63,595 bases of DNA, filler included, from Rhabdomonas costata (GCA_019059605.1; 38 parts of 38 records of this genome joined end to end with filler, not necessarily neighbours in it), one strand, 5' to 3'; numbered from the whole stretch's first letter, positions 11,635 through 23,835 are shown. Notes: generated by a model from the letters alone, not told the origin. A program made the numbers and translations.

Positions 11635-13229
11635 NNNNNNNNNNNNNNNNNNNNNNNNNNNNNNNNNNNNNNNNNNNNTTAATTAATTAANNNNNNNNNN
11701 NNNNNNNNNNNNNNNNNNNNNNNNNNNNNNNNNNTTTTTGTTTTGTCGTAACTAGGTGACTCACACAGACAACCATGTGCAATAAAAGCAACCACAAGAT
11801 TGTAATGATTATGTAATTTCACAAGCAAGTACAGCCTTTGTTACCACCTTGATATGAGTATACGGAAAGTGTACTCCAACAACCTGCATGTGGGGCACAT
11901 TATTGGCGGTAGCTCTGCTTGTGAGAGCTGGTGGCATTGAGTTTGAGACCATGCGTGACATTTGCTGTGTTAATATTCTATGTAACCTTTCACTGAGACT
12001 CGTTTGCAGCAGAGGTCCAAAACGTCCAAAACCTGTGGCTGCAAAATCTGTAGTGGTGTAGAAGTGGCCGCAAAGAGTTCTAAGATAGATGGAATGAATG
12101 CTCCTCAGGACCTACTTAAGCGGTGCAGGAAGTGCGGCGGTTTGAGATAATGGAGTGTGGCATAATGTACTGTTGCTCTTCCCGCATCCTGAGAAGCATG
12201 GCTACTTGGTCATATCCGCGAATGTGATGGATCTGTTTGCCAAGGATAACGATCTATGCACATTGGTTGATGCCTGTACCTCCGGGAGGGCTGCAGTTAC
12301 ACTTGCACAAGTCAATAATGGACTGGTATGGAGGCATCAAGCCGATTTCAATGCGGATAAGAGTGAAGTCCGGAATCCGCATTTAGGGCCAAACAACTAT
12401 TCACAAAGAGCGTCGTAGATGGATCAGCTGTTGGTAGCATTGACAAGAAGGCCAGATCAAGACAGAGCTTGTGGGTTGAAACGTGGCCTTCAGAATGCTT
12501 CATAAGCTGCATGGTAGTTCGCTGCAGGGACAAGAACGCTCATCACACTGGTGTTGGCCATCACCACGAAGGAGATGTAAATGGATTAGGCTGCTTGCAT
12601 CAAGGCAAAGATATCACAATGGAACCAGATAACTCTGTGCGCGCAGTGTCAATACATAAATTGGATCACAATAAAGTCTAAAAAATAAATAAAAAAATAA
12701 ATAAATATCAGCGGTATTGATGCGTGTGGCGTAGGGTAACACGCAACAAAATAACTGCAGAGTGACCATGGAGAACACATCCTGTGATATGTGGAGGAGA
12801 CATTCAAAAACACAGCATCTTTATGAGAGCGCCTATGACGCCCACTCCATAGTCAAGCACCAATCCACCACAATTGCAAGCAGAAGGCTGCGTAGAATAC
12901 AGGATTACTATTTTTTCTTTGAACATTACCCTTTGTCTTTTTTGTCTTTTTCTTGAATTTTTGCTTTTTGTTTCCTTTGGTACATTTTTTCCACAGCGAA
13001 AATTTTGGCCACAGGAATTGTTTGAAACTTTTTACCAAATTAGACTAAAGCTAAGGGAAGATAAATCGAAATCCATTTTGACAAGGCAAAATTCCCATCA
13101 AGAAAAAACTATCTGATTTGACACCAAAACTTAGATCAATGATCGGTGCAACTAAACGTAATGGGTAAATTGGAGACAAAAGTATTTTCTCGCAGCTGGT
13201 TTGGTTTCCATGCACGTACGGAGAGGTCT

Positions 13230-13311
13230 GTGTGGATCATCCAATAACTTTCCATGGTTAGTGTGCAATTAATGCTCTCTAACCATGGAAAGTTATTGGA
13301 TGATCCACACC
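13230..13311. repeat. Contig-terminal inverted repeat (32-bp arms), probable fold-back
   Basis: 13230-13261 is the reverse complement of 13279-13310. Confidence 0.9.
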
Positions 13312-13673
13312 NNNNNNNNNNNNNNNNNNNNNNNNNNNNNNNNNNNNNNNNNNNNTTAATTAATTAANNNNNNNNNNNNNNNNNNNNNNNNNNNNNNNNN
13401 NNNNNNNNNNNTTTTGAACTCAAAGAGGGATAGTTGATAGGTGTTGTGGTTGAAGGCCAGGACCGGACGTGACCTGAAGAGATCGGGGGGAGGGGTGACG
13501 ATGGATGTTTGACTCACACGTGAGGAGCAACCTGGCAGCCCGAAAGAGAGAAGCACCTGCATGAAATCCTGTGCTTATCTGCGCATTCAGAACGGCAGTA
13601 TAGACGCGATCATGACCGTAGTGGTTTGGTGTGGTGTGGTTGTGATGGAAGGTATGGTTGGGGGTTGGGGTAG

Positions 13674-14455
13674 CGGGTTGGCCAAGTGCGGAAGGCGGAG
13701 GAGGCCCTGCGGCTGTCGCTGAAGCAGCACGACTGCGCTGAGACCCGGCTGCTCCTGGCCAAGACCTTGACTCAGATGCGGCTGTTTGGGGAAGCCCAGG
13801 TGCTGGCTCCTTCTGCGTGTGCCCCAACGTGTGCTCCAACCATTTGGCTGTTTAATTGCCGCGTGAAAATCGGGTGTTCAGATTCCAACGCTTCTCCCAC
13901 CACTCGACACCCCCTCCCCTCCGCTATAATTTTTTGCATCGCCACCACGTACGCTGCCAAGGTTTGTAGCTACAGTCAGTCAGTGAAACCACAGCCATTT
14001 GAGAACATGAGTGGTGGCCGTGAAAATATAGTGAGCTGCAAAGAAACTTTCTTGCGTGGAAGTAGTCGTTGCAGTTTCCACACGTCCGGCCATTTTTTTG
14101 CGTGATACTTTTTGGGACCAAAAAAATCTGTTGTCTTACCCTTGAGGTCACATCAAGTGGACCAAGGGTACAGGAAGATACCATCATTGTCGACCACCGC
14201 ATCTTTTCTCCGAGCCGCTGGTGACCGACTGTAGTAGTAATAGGGTGCGCAGATTCTGCAGTATTGCATTCTGTTTTTCGGGTTGCACTGGCATCCTTTT
14301 GATAGTTACTTTGTTTTGAGGTGGGAATGGGAGTCTTTTTTTCTGTGCGGGAATACTCTCAGGCGGAGTATGCTGCTATTGTTGAGATGGCACCCACTGA
14401 GGCATTAAGAGCGGAGGCGGTGCGGCAGATGGCCTCTCTGGAGCGTGTCTTGTGA
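13674..14455 (+). CDS. TPR-repeat protein, last two exons
   Basis: Exons ~13674-13799 (RVGQVRKAEEALRLSLKQHDCAETRLLLAKTLTQMRLFGEAQ) and 14363-14455 (AEYAAIVEMAPTEALRAEAVRQMASLERVL*), phase 0 GT-AG intron. Confidence 0.7.
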
Positions 14456-15545
14456 AATGTGTCATATGAAGAAAGTTGCGGTTTGGGTGGGGGCGTGCAA
14501 TTTTTTTTGCATGTGTGTGCGCTTGCGTGTGGGAAGGTGGAAGAGACTGTAGAAGTTGTGTAAAAAGAGTGGAAAGGCAGCCTGAAGAAAGTTGTTGTGT
14601 GATTAGCTGCATGATGACATTTGCAATCCATGTCTTTTGTGTTTTCGTGTGGTTGTACATGTGTGAAGACTTTCAAGGGGCGGGCAAGTGCAGTCAAGCG
14701 GTTTCAGAGGAACGTTACATTTGTGCGGGGCAAGTCAGTAATTTCTAAATGATGAGCTTGCAGAATCTCCTTGAATTGAAGAAGGTCGAAAATTGAGCTA
14801 GAACGCGCTGAAAAGGAGTCGGCAGGTCCCAGCCACCGTAATTCTGACCCGCCGTCCGGTGAAGCTGCCGCGCTCCTTCCTGGAGCCCCCACATTTGAAA
14901 ATCTGAAAATAGCGTACCTGCCCGTACCTGCCCGGTCGGGGAACAGGCCGCCCATTTCCTTCCACAACCCATGGGCGCACGCACACAANNNNNNNNNNNN
15001 NNNNNNNNNNNNNNNNNNNNNNNNNNNNNNNNTTAATTAATTAANNNNNNNNNNNNNNNNNNNNNNNNNNNNNNNNNNNNNNNNNNNNTTTTTTGGGGTC
15101 TCCTTTTGAGGCCGAGGATGATCTTTGACCAACGGACTTCGAACACCGGACCATGTGACGTGATCCGACTCTCTGTTTTATTCTGCCGCAAGACAATCTG
15201 TGAAGAAGTTTTCCCTTTCTCTGTCCAGCTTGCTGCATGACCTGATGTCTTTTTCTGATGAGGCAGTTTCTCGGAATCGTAAAGACAGAGACGGCCGTTT
15301 GGGCGATCTCCGTTGAACTCAAAATGGATGGATCGTTTCTTCGCCGATTCTCTTGCCTGTTTTTTTTTTGCGTGGGCTTCAACTCTTCAGTTACGCACAT
15401 ATATCAGTGATGTAGAAACAAATTTGCTACTTCCTCGCGGGTTTGCAGATATACGTCCGCTGAACTGACATTGTGCCTTGAGAGGTGAGGCGCTTTGGAT
15501 GTGCGTGCGCGCGAGTTAGATTTAGCTTTGCTTTGGCTTCCACAG

Positions 15546-16586
15546 CTTCCTGATGGTGCCCGACCTGCAGGGGCTGCCAAAAGGCTTCCCGCGTTTCAGT
15601 GACTACGGAGGGCCACGGGTGCCCGAGGACATCCACGCCTCGGTCACTGCGGCGCGCTGCTTCATCACACAGTACGGCGCGGAGGAGTCCCCGCAGGCGG
15701 TACTGTGCCCCCTCTTCTCCCACCAGCTACGGGTCTCCTCCTTCTCCTCTTTCCATCCTAACAGCTCGCTTGCGGTGCCTTCGGTCTTTCTACGTTTAGC
15801 CTTAACTCTGCTGAAGTTCTGTCTGTGTTGCCCGTTGCCCGTGTTCACTTCGTGTTTTGCAGTATCGAAGGTTGGCAGCGGAAATGAGGCTGCGCGGCAA
15901 ATCCCCAGCCGTGCAGTGCTTCTACAACGCGGACGCCAGACACATCGTCTTTTTTGTCGAGGTATGCTTGTACGTCGGGCCACCCGAAGTTCCGAATGTG
16001 CATCCTGAAGAGAGCCTCTCAACGACAGGCTAGGCTTATTCGCACTGTGATGGCACTCAGGCTGTTGCGGACGGGGGAATTTCGTGAGCAAGAGTCAGGC
16101 AGAATGTGTGCCCTCTGACATGGGTTGGGGTTGTCTCTGCAGATGACCAACCAGCTCGCCCCGAAAGTGCGGAGCATGTGGATCCCGTACAGCCAGATGA
16201 TCGCCAACCTCTCCATCCTGGGTGCCCTGGGCTTTCTGGAGAAGGGAAAGGGGGTAGGAGCGGAGTGCATCGTTGTCCTCTGTCAAACGCACGATCATGT
16301 CCAGAAATTCCCATTCCGCAAATTCGGTGGGTATCAAAGTCCCTGAAAACTAAACGCAATACCGCTCCATGGCGGACCCTGAGGCTCTTTGGTGGGTTGG
16401 CCCACGCTGTTGCCTCCGCGACACTTGCCGCACTTCTGGGAGTTGTAGAAGTGAGTCGTGTGCGGAGATGGGCTTCACTTATCCCTGCCTTCTGTCATTC
16501 CCATATTCCGCGCGACAGGCTTCGCCTGTGGGAGACTGTGCTTCGGCCCAGAGGACGTCAAGCACATGAAGCGATGGATGCAGCAG
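15546..16586 (+). CDS. Hypothetical protein, four internal exons
   Basis: Exons 15546-15732, 15863-15961, 16143-16326, 16519-16586 splice in frame through GT-AG introns (FLMVPDLQG...HQLR|YRRLAAE...FFVE|MTNQLAP...FRKF|GFACGRL...WMQQ). Confidence 0.8.
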
Positions 16587-16765
16587 GTGCGCTCAAGAGT
16601 GGCTTCCCCCTTCCCCCGATCCTTTCTGCTTTTTGTGGGGGAGGGCTAGGTGGCGAAGTACAACANNNNNNNNNNNNNNNNNNNNNNNNNNNNNNNNNNN
16701 NNNNNNNNNTTAATTAATTAANNNNNNNNNNNNNNNNNNNNNNNNNNNNNNNNNNNNNNNNNNNN

Positions 16766-18346
16766 GAGTGATGACCGTAGGCTGCAGCCGTAGGGCATCA
16801 CGACCGACATCAGCGTTTCCTTCCCGTTGGGGTTGGGCTCTCTCTGTCGGTCGGCACTTCACCACCCTATGGATGCTTACGTGCCTCCCTCCCTTCCAGC
16901 ATCAACCCTTACATGCGCTATTCCTCGGTGCCTTGAAGCGTCGGGAATACGCATCGGTGGTGGTGGTTGGGGTTAGCAGCAGCGCATGCCTTCAACATGG
17001 GGCTACTGTTACCCTCCACTCTTACTACCACCATCACGCTCATGCTGGGTTGGCAGGGTAGCAGCAGTAACCTTAGCGTATGTGCTGACATCGCCTTAGT
17101 CACTACCTCTTACCTCTGTCACCCTTACGCATGGGGTTGGATGGAAGGTAAGGTGGTGGGTAAGGCTTAGCGTCACTGCTACTATGCCTACCGTACCACT
17201 GTCCCTAACCATCACCCTTGACACCATGACCTCAGTGCGTAGGGTAGGATCGGTGTGTGTACCTTGGGCAGTAGGATGCATTGCTGCTACCTCTACCGGT
17301 CAGCACCACACTCATCACTACCACTACCACGAGGCTAACACTACGACTATGCTCGGGTTAACGAGTGTGAGTAGAAGCAACGATGGCAGTGGGATACGCG
17401 AATGGCGTTGCACCATTGTTGTATGCCCCTCTGACACAGCTACCACTACCGGTAACTCGTCACCTCAACACTGCGGTACGTGTATGGTTCGGGCGATATG
17501 GCTTGAGTGACGTTGCATCACCGATCACCACATCACCTCAGCCACTGTGCCTATCGTGTGGGTTGAGTGGGTTGATTATCCCCTATGCATGGTTTCGCAG
17601 GCCATACACAGGTCGACCTTGGGTCACCTACCCAGCACTACTACCACATGCTTGACGTGGGTTCATGTCCACCAGCAGAGGTCACATCACCTTGGCCAAC
17701 CTGTGGCGTGATGTTGTGACTCGCCTCTACCCATTACTACAGTGTGTACCTCAGGTGTTGAGTTACGCGCTACGTTGCATAGCCTCACCGTGATACCTGC
17801 GCCACCACATGCCTCATGTTGGTTCGGTCAGTCAGAGAAACGATGCCAACCCAGACGTTGAACTTCAGGGTGACCAATCCTTACTACTCGCGGCTACTGG
17901 GGACTATCGTCGATAAATGGAAGGCCCATCGGATCCGTCGCTGAGGTGACACACCCTTACGCGTAGAGATATCCCGAGGGACATCAGGCAAACCGAGACA
18001 GAAGGCGAAGGCAAAGACCGAGACCGAAACCCAACACCCAAGACGCGATACACACCCATCCTCAACTCGCAGACACTCACCAAGACCTAAAACCTCCACC
18101 CCAGAATGCCGAATACCAGGAATACCACGAATGCCTACACCTACGAACCCAACCCCTACACCAGAAACCCACACCAGAAGGCATAAACCCAGAACCCCAA
18201 GACCTGAAGACCAAACCCCTAAGACCTAACCTCCGAAGAGGAACCCCAAATACCAGAAGGCCAAAAACCCGAATGCACGAAAACCCGAAAACAAAAGACC
18301 AAAGAGAAATTCTAAAGGTGGGGGGTCTGGAGAAAAGATGCCCAGG
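16766..18346. mobile_element. Degenerate repetitive element, possibly the 3' part of an LTR retroelement
   Basis: Broken ORFs, shared motifs with 10400-11634, A/C-skewed low-complexity tract ~17990-18310, then PPT-like TAAAGGTGGGGGGT near 18313; no RT, RNase H or integrase motif seen. Confidence 0.3.
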
Positions 18347-18446
18347 NNNNNNNNNNNNNNNNNNNNNNNNNNNNNNNNNNNNNNNNNNNNTTAATTAATT
18401 AANNNNNNNNNNNNNNNNNNNNNNNNNNNNNNNNNNNNNNNNNNNN

Positions 18447-20025
18447 AATGACAGGGGCCCAGGAACAGAGTGGGTGGTGGTCCAGAACGAGGCCTCGAAT
18501 GCTGCCTGGTGACATCCTCGGAAAAAGTCGTCCGGCCAGTCCCCTTCCCTCCATTTAGCCACTTTTCCCCATAAACACATCCAGCTAGACTTGACTGAAC
18601 GTTGGCGCAAAGAAACGTGAAAGGACACCTGCGGTATTGGCACTGCTTGGGGATGAAGTTCTGGGTTCGAAGCTGGATGTGTTTATGGGGAAAAGTCGTC
18701 CGGCCAGTCCCCTTCCCTCCATTTAGCCACTTTTCCCCATAAACACATCCAGCTAGACTTGACTGAACGTTGGCGCAAAGAAACGTGAAAGGACACCTGC
18801 GGTATTGGCACTGCTTGGGGATGAAGTTCTGGGTTCGAAGCTGACCGCTTCGAGGGCCTCCGTGGTAGCATCGATTAGGGTGACGTGACCCCCAACCCTC
18901 CCCAAATCAAGCATCATGAGCACACAACCCTTATCTAAAGACACCTTCCTCCGCTGCTCAAACCAAATCCCCCCGTGTGGCATCCAACAAGACTTGTTCT
19001 GTTTCTTTCCTGGTAGTCAGGGAACGACAAAAGGAAACTGGGGGACAAATAAACACACAAAAAAAAGAGAGAGGGAGCGAAAGCAGCCCCATGGCACAGG
19101 ATTCCTCAGAAAGGCCGAGGCTGCTCCACTCATTGGCATCAAAGCTTTGGGGATCTCATCACAGCTGCTCCCGACAAGGGCATGCCCACGAGACAAACAA
19201 AGAGAAAAAACAAAGCAGAAGCAGATGGAAAAAATTCCACACGCAGAAATTCGCACAGAAAACACGGGCGGCCGTGAAAAACAACTGTTTACTTTGTTCG
19301 CGCGGCCCCCAACCCCAAAAATGGAACGAAAGTTATCGCCAACGGAGTGCCTGTGAGGTGGGCATTTGTGCTCTTTTTTCTTTTCGCCAAATGGAAGAAG
19401 TCAGTGTTTGAGTCTTCGGGTTCTGACCCAACCCCAGAATGACAGGGGCCCAGGAACAGAGTGGGTGGTGGTCCAGAACGAGGCCTCGAATGCTGCCTGG
19501 TGACATCCTCGGAAAAAGTCGTCCGGCCAGTCCCCTTCCCTCCATTTAGCCACTTTTCCCCATAAACACATCCAGCTAGACTTGACTGAACGTTGGCGCA
19601 AAGAAACGTGAAAGGACACCTGCGGTATTGGCACTGCTTGGGGATGAAGTTCTGGGTTCGAAGCTGGATGTGTTTATGGGGAAAAGTCGTCCGGCCAGTC
19701 CCCTTCCCTCCATTTAGCCACTTTTCCCCATAAACACATCCAGCTAGACTTGACTGAACGTTGGCGCAAAGAAACGTGAAAGGACACCTGCGGTATTGGC
19801 ACTGCTTGGGGATGAAGTTCTGGGTTCGAAGCTGACCGCTTCGAGGGCCTCCGTGGTAGCATCGATTAGGGTGACGTGACCCCCAACCCTCCCCAAATCA
19901 AGCATCATGAGCACACAACCCTTATCTAAAGACACCTTCCTCCGCTGCTCAAACCAAATCCCCCCGTGTGGCATCCAACAAGACTTGTTCTGTTTCTTTC
20001 CTGGTAGTCAGGGAACGACAAAAGG
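18447..20025. repeat. Tandem repeat, 991-bp unit, ~1.6 copies
   Basis: 18447-19034 recurs essentially identically at 19438-20025; each unit holds an internal 153-bp direct duplication (18523-18675 and 18691-18843). Confidence 0.95.
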
Positions 20026-20211
20026 NNNNNNNNNNNNNNNNNNNNNNNNNNNNNNNNNNNNNNNNNNNNTTAATTAATTAANNNNNNNNNNNNNNNNNNN
20101 NNNNNNNNNNNNNNNNNNNNNNNNNGCTTTGGGTGAGCGGAGGTTAGGCTTTCAGACGTTATTGCTGTCGTGTGTGTTCTGCGTGTGTGTGTGTGGGGGG
20201 GTTGTTCTTAG

Positions 20212-21137
20212 ATTCTTGGGGTGAAACGTACTGCCTCCGAGAAAGAGATCAAGTCGGCCTACCGCAAGCTGGCGATGCAGTTCCACCCCGACATGCACAC
20301 CCAGAAGACGGTGCCTGGCAATTGAGTGGGCTTTGGGGGGCGGGTTGAGGTGCTTCCTCGCGCGTTCACACGGCAGGGGCTGATATTTCACATTTGCCGT
20401 GCTTACGATACGGCATCTCTTTACGAGGGCTTAAACAGCACCAAACGGAACAGAGCAGAGAACACAAGCGGAAAGATAAGAGCAGAGGAAGACAGGATAG
20501 GACATGTCGTTCCGAATCATGCGTTTGGGCTTCTAGTACCGCTTGCGAGGGGTCCTGAAGGGGCTCAAGCGCATGTTGGATTCAAGAGCTCCCTATGTCC
20601 CACAGGAAGAGGAGCAGCAGGCTGCGCAGGAGAAGTTCCGGGACATCGCCGAGGCCAAGGATGTGCTTTGTGACGAAGGTGGCCCCCCCTCATTGCTCGT
20701 TTCATCCGCTAGGATATGCCAGGGGAACCAGGGGAAGCCAACTGTTAATTTGGTTGGGGTGACCCACGCCATGACGCCTTGGTGAGGTGGACCGTTCCAC
20801 CCGTTTGGTGCCTTAAAGTACAGTTTCCTGAGCTGTTTTTTGTTTGTTTGCGCATATATAGAAAGTAGTTTTAAGGGATGATAAGGCTGGGCGCTCTTTG
20901 CTTTAATTTCCGAACCTCTTGTGTGTATGCGTCTATGCGTTCGCGAATTTTTTTGTTAGCCTCACGCACTGTATGTGCAGCAAAGCCGGCTCTTTCCTTC
21001 CTTGAGATCTTATTTCAGCGGGAGTTCATCGCCTCGCTCTGTCTGCTCAGAGAAAAGGGGGAAGTACGACCGCGGTGAGGAGATCAACCCCCAGCCGCAG
21101 CAGCAGAACCCCTTCCAGGGCTTCCCCTTCGGGCCCG
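20212..21137 (+). CDS. DNAJC3: J-domain co-chaperone, DNAJC3/P58IPK-like C-terminus
   Basis: Exons 20212-20310 ([27 protein letters not shown]), 20606-20678 ([17 protein letters not shown]), 21051-21137 ([11 protein letters not shown]...NPFQGFPF); HPD motif; DIAxAKxVL is typical of DNAJC3. Confidence 0.85.
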
Positions 21138-22318
21138 GTCAGCGACAACCCCCCTCTCCTTCCATTCCTCCCTAAAAGCTCATGCCTTGCCCTTTCTCTC
21201 TCACACTCTCTTTCTCGGGCAGCTTAGGAAATGCGAAAGGTAAGGAGGTAAGACTTTTGATGAAGCCAGGCTACAATGAGCTCATTGTCCAGCCCTTCTC
21301 TCTACCTCTCATTTTTGCTTCCGGAGAGAGAGAGAGAGAGGGACCCTCTCAGAGACGGTCACTCGAGGCACTCCATGCCTTCGCAGACTGTACCTCAGAA
21401 ATTCGAGGAGTTCACCGAACGAGGAAGACGAGGAGAAGGGTGCCAATCCCAGCCAAACCACTGGCGAGTTCCACAAAGTGGATAGGGCGACCAAAGCCCG
21501 ACTAAGGGGGACGCTTTCTCTTAAGAAACGCTTCTCTCTCTTTCTCATCCATCGTATGCAACCCCCCACCCCAACCAGCTCCAGTGCATCCATCCGTCAT
21601 CCCGCGCCTTGCACATCCAGAATCCGACCCATCCTCCGATTTCAGATCTGAAGCAACCCACGAAAAGTCGACCTTCACCCCCGACAGTCACAAAGAACCN
21701 NNNNNNNNNNNNNNNNNNNNNNNNNNNNNNNNNNNNNNNNNNNTTAATTAATTAANNNNNNNNNNNNNNNNNNNNNNNNNNNNNNNNNNNNNNNNNNNNC
21801 TGAACCCAAAGCGAAGGGGAGAAGAAACCCTGAGTTAGGTATTCTGCATGGCTACGCAGGTCGGAACGAACGTAAGCCCCTTATGGGGGTGGAGAGAGTG
21901 AAGAGACACGTGTAGTCAACGTATGATGCATGAGTTGAGAGGGGCGTCACGTAAGCACCTTATGGTGGAGGAGTGACGCATGCCTTGAAGATGCCTTGAT
22001 GGGTTCTGAGGGGCCCGCAAGGGTAGAGATGCAAGGCACAGGGGGACTGAGAGGGAGTAAAAGGATAGATGTCGGCATTCACTGCGTTCATGCCTCCTAA
22101 ATGCGTTGTTCGGTCTCTCCACCGCGTACGGTTACGAGACCTCACAGATACAGGATAAAGAGTGTATTCTTGTCACTCAGTCGCTACGCTCCTGAACCCA
22201 CACAACAACAGCAGGGCAGCAGTATTTGAAACCAATGCTTTGCATCAAATCAAACCAAAACCGTTCACTTGACTGGCAATATTCTTTTGTTTTTGGTCCT
22301 GCTGTGCAGAAGGTCATT

Positions 22319-23231
22319 ATGGCTGCTACTGTTGCTGCTCCCACTGCTGCTCAGTTTGAGGATCTTCACATAGGATTGGAAAACTTGTGCCAAGCCCTGC
22401 CCTCACTGGACTCGTCCCTCGATGAATGCGAACACTTCTCCTTCGACTTTGTTTCGCTTCCTGTGGGCTCACCTGGTTTTTCTGGATTTGCGTCGTCCGA
22501 AAGGCTGCTGCAGAGCGTTGAGTGGCACCATGCGGTTGTGGGAAGACTATCCGATTTTGTTGCTCAGATGGGTGCCTGCCCTTCAAGAACCCGGAAGGCT
22601 TGCGAGAAAACGTTGGTTGAGGTTCTTGTTTGCTCGTTGTAATTCAAAACGTCGTGCGTAACTTAAACAGCAGCTCGATGCCCAGGCAGTGCCGAAGAGG
22701 CGAGGAATACAACACGTATGCCTGTGCCGAGAATGCATTGGTCGCATAAAATGAGGCATTCGGGCTGGCTGCTATTGCCTTAGATGTTGTGTATGATTGT
22801 TTCCGTTTGCTTCGTACGTCACAATGTCACAATGGGCGAAGCCGCAGCAGGCCCATTCTGTTCGTCGGTGAGCTGATTAAATCGGCGAGCATTATTTTTT
22901 ATAGCGATTATCTCTATATTCGCCGTCGCCACCTCTGCATAACTTTTTCCTGACAAATGTTGGAGCAACTTTTTTTTGTACTCATGGGTACCTTCGAAGC
23001 GACCAATATTTGTTGCTCCCTGCTTTTCAGGAGGTATCGTACTGCGTTCACCTGGCTCTGCCGGCGGTGCTTCTTCCGACACCTGTTCAAGGCTCCTTTG
23101 AACAGTACGCTCGGGTTGTCTACTCCCTTCTTTTGGGCTATCCCAACCTCACGATCTGGCTTCGGATTCCACTCCGCCTCGAAGACTCTACAGCGTCCTC
23201 TGCGTCCTCCGACGAAGATGAAAAAGACGAT
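22319..23231 (+). CDS. PRMT5: Protein arginine N-methyltransferase 5, N-terminal TIM-barrel, exons 1-2
   Basis: Exons 22319-22621 and 23031-23231: LLQSVEWHHAVVGRLS...RKACEKTLVE|EVSYCVHLALPAVLLP...YARVV...IWLRIPL parallels PRMT5 LLSGRDWNTLIVGKLS...QELNFGAYLGLPAFLLP...WMRVPL. Confidence 0.88.
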
Positions 23232-23250
23232 GTGAGCACGACGTTGTAGT

Positions 23251-23376
23251 TATTCCCTTTCGTGAATAATGATAAGCAGCTGGAACTGAGGAAAAATACA
23301 AAGGACTAATTTGCAAATTAGTCCTTTGGATTTTTTCTCAGTTCCAGCTGCTTATCATTATTCACGAAAGGGAATA
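23251..23376. repeat. Contig-terminal palindrome (63-bp arms, no spacer, 2 mismatches)
   Basis: Centre at TTG|CAA 23313/23314; the contig ends exactly at the arm end. Confidence 0.92.
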
Positions 23377-23835
23377 NNNNNNNNNNNNNNNNNNNNNNNN
23401 NNNNNNNNNNNNNNNNNNNNTTAATTAATTAANNNNNNNNNNNNNNNNNNNNNNNNNNNNNNNNNNNNNNNNNNNNTGTGGTGGGTGTGGTTGGTGGGTG
23501 GGGGTTGTTGGCTAAGGGGCTATTCTTTTATTTCCTCTAGCAGGGGGTTAGGGAGCGATGTACGTGTCCCCTGGGACATGATAATTAGTCTGGCATGGGG
23601 TTAGGGAGCGATGCAGCTGTCCCCGAAAAAAAGTTCACTGCGGTAGGTATGCCATTTATATTTTCCGAGATTAGATTGTGAATGTACGGGGTTACCAGAG
23701 TGTTTTCTTGGGGTGTGCGTGAGCGTGAGCGCGAAATGTGGTTTTGCCTCAAAGAAAAAATAAACCGCCCCTTCGTGACGTTTGCGTTGGGAGCAATTAC
23801 GCACCAGCAGCGGCGAAAGTAAGGCAAAGCCGTAC

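Noticed and set aside
14745-14801. Box C/D snoRNA candidate (ATGATGA...TTGA with short terminal stem)
   Set aside because: Box D is non-canonical, no rRNA guide recognised, and the region overlaps a likely minus-strand terminal exon
23500-23625. Two TTAGGG-containing 17-nt direct repeats
   Set aside because: Single telomere-like hexamers within a short local duplication, not an array
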